From an uncultured virus (IMG/VR IMGVR_UViG_2706795104_000001) (lineage: Duplodnaviria > Heunggongvirae > Uroviricota > Caudoviricetes > Herelleviridae): DNA of 64,000 nt. Below, piece after piece: positions 59,089 through 64,000 of the stretch. Each line of letters begins with the position of its first letter. Within the stretch, counting starts at the first letter, position 1. A model generated the notes under the pieces. That model searched no databases and had not been told where the DNA came from. It was given only the letters and a program-made list of their open reading frames with translations. The stretch spans positions 64,001 through 128,000 of IMG/VR virus record IMGVR_UViG_2706795104_000001; one strand, 5' to 3'. Both the position numbers and the translations under genes were made by a program.

Positions 59089-59640
59089 ATGACAGTTAAA
59101 CAGTTGAGCTTAGTAAAATACGCAGGTGAATATTTTTGCACACTAGCAGACTATACGTTAACAAGAAGTACAGAGGGTTACTCAGATAGCGCATCGGTAA
59201 AATCAGCAGTTAGAACATTCGTAGTGAAATCAGATGCAACAAAATATATCTCTTTTAGAGGAGAAGCGCAATTAAAGAATATTATCCAAGAGAATAAAGA
59301 TAACCCTCACTTCCATGAGGACGACTTCCAAGGAACTAGAATGGGTATCATCGCTTGGGATATGTTAGAACCTTTAAATAACCGTTTCAAAGAGAATAAA
59401 GAATACAAGAAAGCATTTGCTCAGTTCATGAAAGAAGCTAATGAATATATAAAAGGACAACAAAGTAAAGAATCTTCAGATACTAATGAATCTAATGACC
59501 CTACGGAGAGTCGTGCTATAGTAATACGTACATTACGATCCGAGTTGAATAGAGTTGATAAAGAGATAGAAGTTCGTCAAGTGAATAGAGAGAAACTACT
59601 TCAGGCTATTAACGCATTGGAGAGTTTAGAAGTCGAATAA
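59089..59640 (+). CDS. Hypothetical protein with C-terminal coiled coil
   Basis: Strong RBS, 183 aa, followed by hairpin AGGGTTGCA-N8-TGCAACCCT. Confidence 0.7.
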   Translation: MTVKQLSLVKYAGEYFCTLADYTLTRSTEGYSDSASVKSAVRTFVVKSDATKYISFRGEAQLKNIIQENKDNPHFHEDDFQGTRMGIIAWDMLEPLNNRFKENKEYKKAFAQFMKEANEYIKGQQSKESSDTNESNDPTESRAIVIRTLRSELNRVDKEIEVRQVNREKLLQAINALESLEVE

Positions 59641-59735
59641 AAGTAAAAGATTATGGTATAATTAAATAGTTACAGAATAGGGTTGCATTTTATGGTGCAA
59701 CCCTTTATTATATTATTTATAGAGGGAGTTACAGT

Positions 59736-60272
59736 ATGAGAGAGAAAAAAGGACAACCGAATGCGGTCCAACGAAGTATGTCACGAGGACTGGGAGCACG
59801 AGGTGATGGAACCAAGAATATTAATGACAACGGGAAAGATGCCTATAAGCGCTCTAGACAGAGTACAAAGGGACAATATAGAGTTGGGTTCACAGAACTG
59901 TTCGAACGGGTTACAGAGCGTGATATAAGCCTTAAACATACATATGCAAAAGATTTACTCTCTAACTACCTGAAAGTGCCTGTAGATATGATTACGTTAA
60001 AGGTAAAGAGGAAGCCACAGCAGACTCTAACCTCAGTAGATGAGGTATTCTACGTTAAAGTAGGATCGGATATCTACGGTAAAGTATCTATACGGGTGCA
60101 ACGTGTATTACGAGGTAACATGCTTATATTCGTCTTTCAGGAGAAAAAGGCCGCAATGAAACCACCTACTAAGTCTTACAGTAGGAAGACTGGGTTTAAA
60201 AAGAAAACATCCAGTCAAATTAGTCAGACCAAACGAAAATCTTACCATTCACGACAAGGAGGAACAAATTAA
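59736..60272 (+). CDS. Basic hypothetical protein
   Basis: 178 aa, Lys/Arg-rich termini, GAGGGAG RBS. Confidence 0.65.
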   Translation: MREKKGQPNAVQRSMSRGLGARGDGTKNINDNGKDAYKRSRQSTKGQYRVGFTELFERVTERDISLKHTYAKDLLSNYLKVPVDMITLKVKRKPQQTLTSVDEVFYVKVGSDIYGKVSIRVQRVLRGNMLIFVFQEKKAAMKPPTKSYSRKTGFKKKTSSQISQTKRKSYHSRQGGTN

Positions 60273-61126
60273 TGCGATTACCAAATGTAAAATCAAAAAA
60301 AGGTTCATTAGAAATGTTACAAGGTATGTTAAAGGACAAACGAAAACAAGTATACGGTGTATTCTACACAAACGATTTCTTCAGCCAACGTTACGTAGCT
60401 CGTAACCACGTATTAGCAGACGAGGTTAACATTGAAGAGAAGACAGTTAAACTAAAGATTGCTACACGAGTAGAGCACGCAGGTTTATGGGAGCTAGAGA
60501 ATACGTTAGACACATTAGTTCGTTACGAAGCAGGAGATATCCCAGGATACGATTACACAGAAGAGAACGCTACGATCCCTACAGTTCCTGAACCAATCTC
60601 TGTAACGAAACACCTATACAGTATCGACTTAGTTCTAATTATGAAGGAGCCATCAATCACATACCAATCGTTTAGTATTGCAGGAGTTAAGTTCTTAATG
60701 ATTAACATTCTGCATGTGATAGAAGACGATGGTGACGAGTTCGAACAGAAAGTATCGCTACTATTCAGTGAAGCAGGTAAGCTAAGTGTATTCTCTCACT
60801 TATATAATAAAGAGTTAACACCTGAAGACATCCATATGTTGTTGCATCTAATCATGGATAAGAATATTACAGGAAAAGAAATTTTAGCCGTACGTATCCA
60901 ACATAAGTCAGGGACAAAGAGTGTACTCGTTCCTGCTGATGAGTTAATCAGTACTTGGATAGCTGCTAAGGATTCATATGTTTTCAGTGCAGGGTTAAGC
61001 TATATTGACATCCCTTACGATAGCATCAACACATACACATTTACAATGCAACCGAACACCATTGCAGGTCATCAATTAGAGCTAGAGAACGAAGAACATA
61101 CGTTACATATTCTAATGGAGAACTAG
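60272..61126 (+). CDS. Hypothetical protein
   Basis: 284 aa, TAATG coupling. Confidence 0.7.
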   Translation: MRLPNVKSKKGSLEMLQGMLKDKRKQVYGVFYTNDFFSQRYVARNHVLADEVNIEEKTVKLKIATRVEHAGLWELENTLDTLVRYEAGDIPGYDYTEENATIPTVPEPISVTKHLYSIDLVLIMKEPSITYQSFSIAGVKFLMINILHVIEDDGDEFEQKVSLLFSEAGKLSVFSHLYNKELTPEDIHMLLHLIMDKNITGKEILAVRIQHKSGTKSVLVPADELISTWIAAKDSYVFSAGLSYIDIPYDSINTYTFTMQPNTIAGHQLELENEEHTLHILMEN

Positions 61127-61127
61127 T

Positions 61128-61376
61128 ATGATAACATTAACTGTCACTGTATCGGTAATCGTATACGTATTAGAGTCTCTATTCTGCGCTTGGACACTAA
61201 CCCTCCCTCTACTAACCTGGTCAGGATCAGAGGTTGAAAAAGGGTTACCTAAAGGTAAAGCCCTAAAATGGGGCTTCCTTGGTGCCCTAATAGGAAACAT
61301 AAGTATCCTTGCTCTTGTGGGAATCGTAAACCTTCTATTCGATTTAGGAGATTGGATGATTAATAACTTACCGTAA
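61128..61376 (+). CDS. Small membrane protein
   Basis: Two TM segments, GGAG RBS. Confidence 0.6.
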   Translation: MITLTVTVSVIVYVLESLFCAWTLTLPLLTWSGSEVEKGLPKGKALKWGFLGALIGNISILALVGIVNLLFDLGDWMINNLP

Positions 61377-61404
61377 ACTAGGATTAATTTCCTAGTTTTT
61401 CTTT
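61375..61404 (+). terminator. Intrinsic terminator
   Basis: AAACTAGGA-TTAATT-TCCTAGTTT plus T-run. Confidence 0.75.
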
Positions 61405-61708
61405 ATATTCACGATCCTACAGAGCCATTTTAAGTAGAAAAAAGTACACTACATAGTGCCGTTAATTTTTAGGTTCTAAACTGGTTTTTCGGTACCAATC
61501 GTGAACAGCCTGATTTCATACAAGATATTCCACATTCGTAAACGTTAAAAAACCATACTACGTTGTGTAACTTTTAAACAATTTACGAAAAAGTTTAAAA
61601 TTTACTGTATGATTTACTATATTATACGTAGACGTTGATACAGAAGGTTTTAGAGGACAATTTCCTCTATTTACGATGTGAATATATTTGAAAGGGTTGG
61701 GATTTAAA

Positions 61709-62431
61709 ATGGCAGGAAACGATAAAAAGAAATTAGGATCAAGCAGTGTATTGGTGCAGTTGTATAAGAATAAAAAGTTATGCACGAAAGTAGACAACAT
61801 GTTAGACGAAGGACTAACGTACGACTACATTATAGAGTTCTGTAAGGATAATGATTTCAGTATTTCAAAAGCTTCACTAACGAACTATAAAAAGAAACGT
61901 GAAGAAGCAATTGAAAAAGGAGTACCGTTACTTCAGTTACTGGACAAGCGTGCAAAGGATAACGTTACATACATTTCAGATAAGCAAGTAAACGAGTTTT
62001 GGAAGTCACCTGAGGACGGATCGGAAGAATCTATGTCAATGGCTTCCGTTACAGATATGACAAAAGTAGGTACAATCTTTAACGATTTAGAACTACTGGA
62101 TGAGATTATCAAGAAAGGTGCAAAAGGGTTACAGGCATTTGACGTAGTGGATACACCGTTGGCGATGAAAGCTATCGAATTGAAAGCGAAGATTACAAAC
62201 AACCAATTAAGCGGTCTATCTATTGCAGGTCTACGTGAGATTAAATTACGTCAAACTGCAAAAGAAACTGCTATGATGCAGGTTATCATGGCATACGTAC
62301 CTGAAGACCAACACGATAAGTTATTTGAAGACTTAGACCTTGCAGAGAAAGAGTTCTACGAGAACTTAGACCTTACTGAAGAAGACAAACGTATCTCAAA
62401 AGCTATCTCAGCCGCAGGACTTGGTGATTGA
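61709..62431 (+). CDS. Conserved phage protein with N-terminal HTH-like segment (possibly terminase small-subunit-like)
   Basis: VDNMLDEGLTYDYIIEFC....FSISKASLTNYK HTH-like segment plus helical remainder. Function is inference. Confidence 0.5.
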   Translation: MAGNDKKKLGSSSVLVQLYKNKKLCTKVDNMLDEGLTYDYIIEFCKDNDFSISKASLTNYKKKREEAIEKGVPLLQLLDKRAKDNVTYISDKQVNEFWKSPEDGSEESMSMASVTDMTKVGTIFNDLELLDEIIKKGAKGLQAFDVVDTPLAMKAIELKAKITNNQLSGLSIAGLREIKLRQTAKETAMMQVIMAYVPEDQHDKLFEDLDLAEKEFYENLDLTEEDKRISKAISAAGLGD

Positions 62432-62509
62432 GGAAGACAACTGAATAAGTGAGAATTAACGGAGGGTTCTGCTATATTACTTGTAACAATAGAAAAGGAG
62501 AGTAATAAT

Positions 62510-63652
62510 ATGCAGACCCTTCATTTAGATGATAAGAAACGATACGCAAAGGAACGAGGATATACATTACTAGCTGAAGAGAACTTTAATAGGAATACTA
62601 CGGTTATAGTGAGAAAGGATAGTAATGGTTACGAGTACACAGTTCATTGGAGCAGCTTCCGTGCAGGTGCCGAGCCTGTACGAACTACGTTTGAAACTAA
62701 ATGCAAGCAAGCTAAGGAACGAGGATACACACTACTTGAGACAGAGAACTTCGGTATAAATGAAAAAGTAAAGCTTCAGAACGATGACACTGAAGAGGTA
62801 TACGAAGTTAAGTTTACTGACTTCTTACACAAAGGATACAGAGAGAAATCACAGACTGTAATATCTAAAGGAGAAGCAGTTATCAAGGCGTACCTTGAGA
62901 CCAACATAAAAGAAGGATTCAGGTTCCGTTATCAACATCGTGTAGACCTAGATAACAAGAAATTATACTACGACTTCAGTATACTGGATCGTAGCGACAA
63001 TGTTATAGGGTTCATTGAGTATAATGGAGAGCAACATTACAATCCGAATAGTTTTGGTGGCTCTACCTTTGCTTTCACTCAAGAATCTGATAAACTAAAG
63101 GAGACATACGCAGAAGAACAAGGTGTACCGTTACTGGTTATCCCTTATAGTAAGTCTACACAGATGTCGATAGCTAAAGAAGTCCAAAGAGCGTTCTCAG
63201 AGTGCGTATTAGACGAGATACAGAGTTTCACACCTAAACGTATCGACCGTAGCCACTCTACGCTAGAGGACAAGCAAGAACTTGTTAAACAGAAAGGCTA
63301 CAGACTTCACGATTCAATTAAAGAGAACTTCACTACAATGGATAAAGTTACCCTTGTCAGTATTGAAACAGGAGCCGAGTGGAAGGTTAAATGGTTTGAC
63401 TTCCTTAACGGTGCAGTACCGAGAGCAGAAGAACACAAGAGAAGAACAAAAGGATCGTTAGAAGAGAAACAAAAGATTGCAGACTACTTAGGTTATGAAC
63501 TACTTGAGACAGATAACTTCTCTGTCAAAAAGAAAGTTCAATTAAAGGACAAAGAGACAGGAGAGGTTAGAATGTTAAAATGGGAACCACTAAAAACGAA
63601 ATACACTAGATTGCAGAAGAAAGCGTTAGAGTCTGCTGGTTTAGGAATATAA
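62510..63652 (+). CDS. Homing-type endonuclease: Vsr/DUF559-like core flanked by four repeated ~50-aa modules
   Basis: SKGE..I...L...QH.....YDF.......IEYNGEQHY core; repeats (AKERGYTLL.ENF....V....GY.Y.V.W..F). Confidence 0.7.
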   Translation: MQTLHLDDKKRYAKERGYTLLAEENFNRNTTVIVRKDSNGYEYTVHWSSFRAGAEPVRTTFETKCKQAKERGYTLLETENFGINEKVKLQNDDTEEVYEVKFTDFLHKGYREKSQTVISKGEAVIKAYLETNIKEGFRFRYQHRVDLDNKKLYYDFSILDRSDNVIGFIEYNGEQHYNPNSFGGSTFAFTQESDKLKETYAEEQGVPLLVIPYSKSTQMSIAKEVQRAFSECVLDEIQSFTPKRIDRSHSTLEDKQELVKQKGYRLHDSIKENFTTMDKVTLVSIETGAEWKVKWFDFLNGAVPRAEEHKRRTKGSLEEKQKIADYLGYELLETDNFSVKKKVQLKDKETGEVRMLKWEPLKTKYTRLQKKALESAGLGI

Positions 63653-63666
63653 GGAGGGAATAACCA

Positions 63667-64000
63667 ATGAGTGAAGCAGTTGATATTACACAATACGAGA
63701 AGATTGAGTACGTAATGTACACGACACTAAAGGATAAGCTAGAAGCACTTCTGAGGGGAGAGGTGCTTCTTGTTAAAAACTTCGAGCGCAGAATGAATCT
63801 TGATGTACTGATTCGGGTAGTAGACAAACGATTCACTGTATCGCAGATGACGTACGATATTATAGAAGACCCGAGCAATGCACGATACTGGGTTACATTT
63901 AACGTAGGGATTAACGACTTATCATTGTTCTCTGTATTCAAGTTCGATGATAAAGTATTCAGTTACAAGAACAAGTTCCGAGTGGATGACCGAGTAGACT
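63667..64000 (+). CDS. Hypothetical protein, 3' truncated by the window
   Basis: AAGGAGG RBS, ATG 63667, frame open to the end of the window. Confidence 0.65.
   Translation, partial: MSEAVDITQYEKIEYVMYTTLKDKLEALLRGEVLLVKNFERRMNLDVLIRVVDKRFTVSQMTYDIIEDPSNARYWVTFNVGINDLSLFSVFKFDDKVFSYKNKFRVDDRVD

Noticed and set aside
708-63941. The many minus-strand ORFs in the six-frame track (e.g. 708-1223, 8968-9573, 56829-57320)
   Set aside because: They lie antisense to well-supported plus-strand genes, lack RBSs and show no recognisable motifs. They are shadow ORFs.
1-64000. tRNA or rRNA genes
   Set aside because: No cloverleaf or T-loop-containing structure was recognised in the intergenic gaps by eye. 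tRNAscan-SE would confirm.

Overview
A 64 kb segment of a large lytic Bacillus-type myovirus (Herelleviridae, Bastille/SPO1-like gene order; family assignment is inferred from gene content and synteny). Almost all genes are on the + strand. Order: end of the tail-fibre/baseplate module (1-11.3 kb); a non-coding AT-rich gap with a candidate minus-strand sRNA and a long inverted repeat (11.3-11.8 kb); the replication/nucleotide module (SF2 helicase, HTH Rep-like protein, DnaB, SbcD/SbcC, primase, dUTPase, resolvase, RNR alpha/beta, HU-like protein, family A polymerase, SSB, RecA, sigma factor); then holin, phosphoesterases and a promoter-rich array of small early/accessory genes with Thg1, a SAM methyltransferase and two homing-type endonucleases. 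The strongest signal is a cassette of three cytosine methyltransferases together with a window-wide sequence bias. By manual reading, GGCC and GGWCC occur only when overlapped by CCGC/GCGG, and GATC occurs almost only as GATCC/GGATC. This predicts asymmetric phage methylation motifs that shield several host restriction sites at once. Also notable are a Tad1 anti-Thoeris sponge homologue, a switch-like 5' leader that can sequester its own RBS, and four apparent frameshifts (three probably sequencing errors, one a 19-bp tandem duplication). All motif counts are by eye, not computed.
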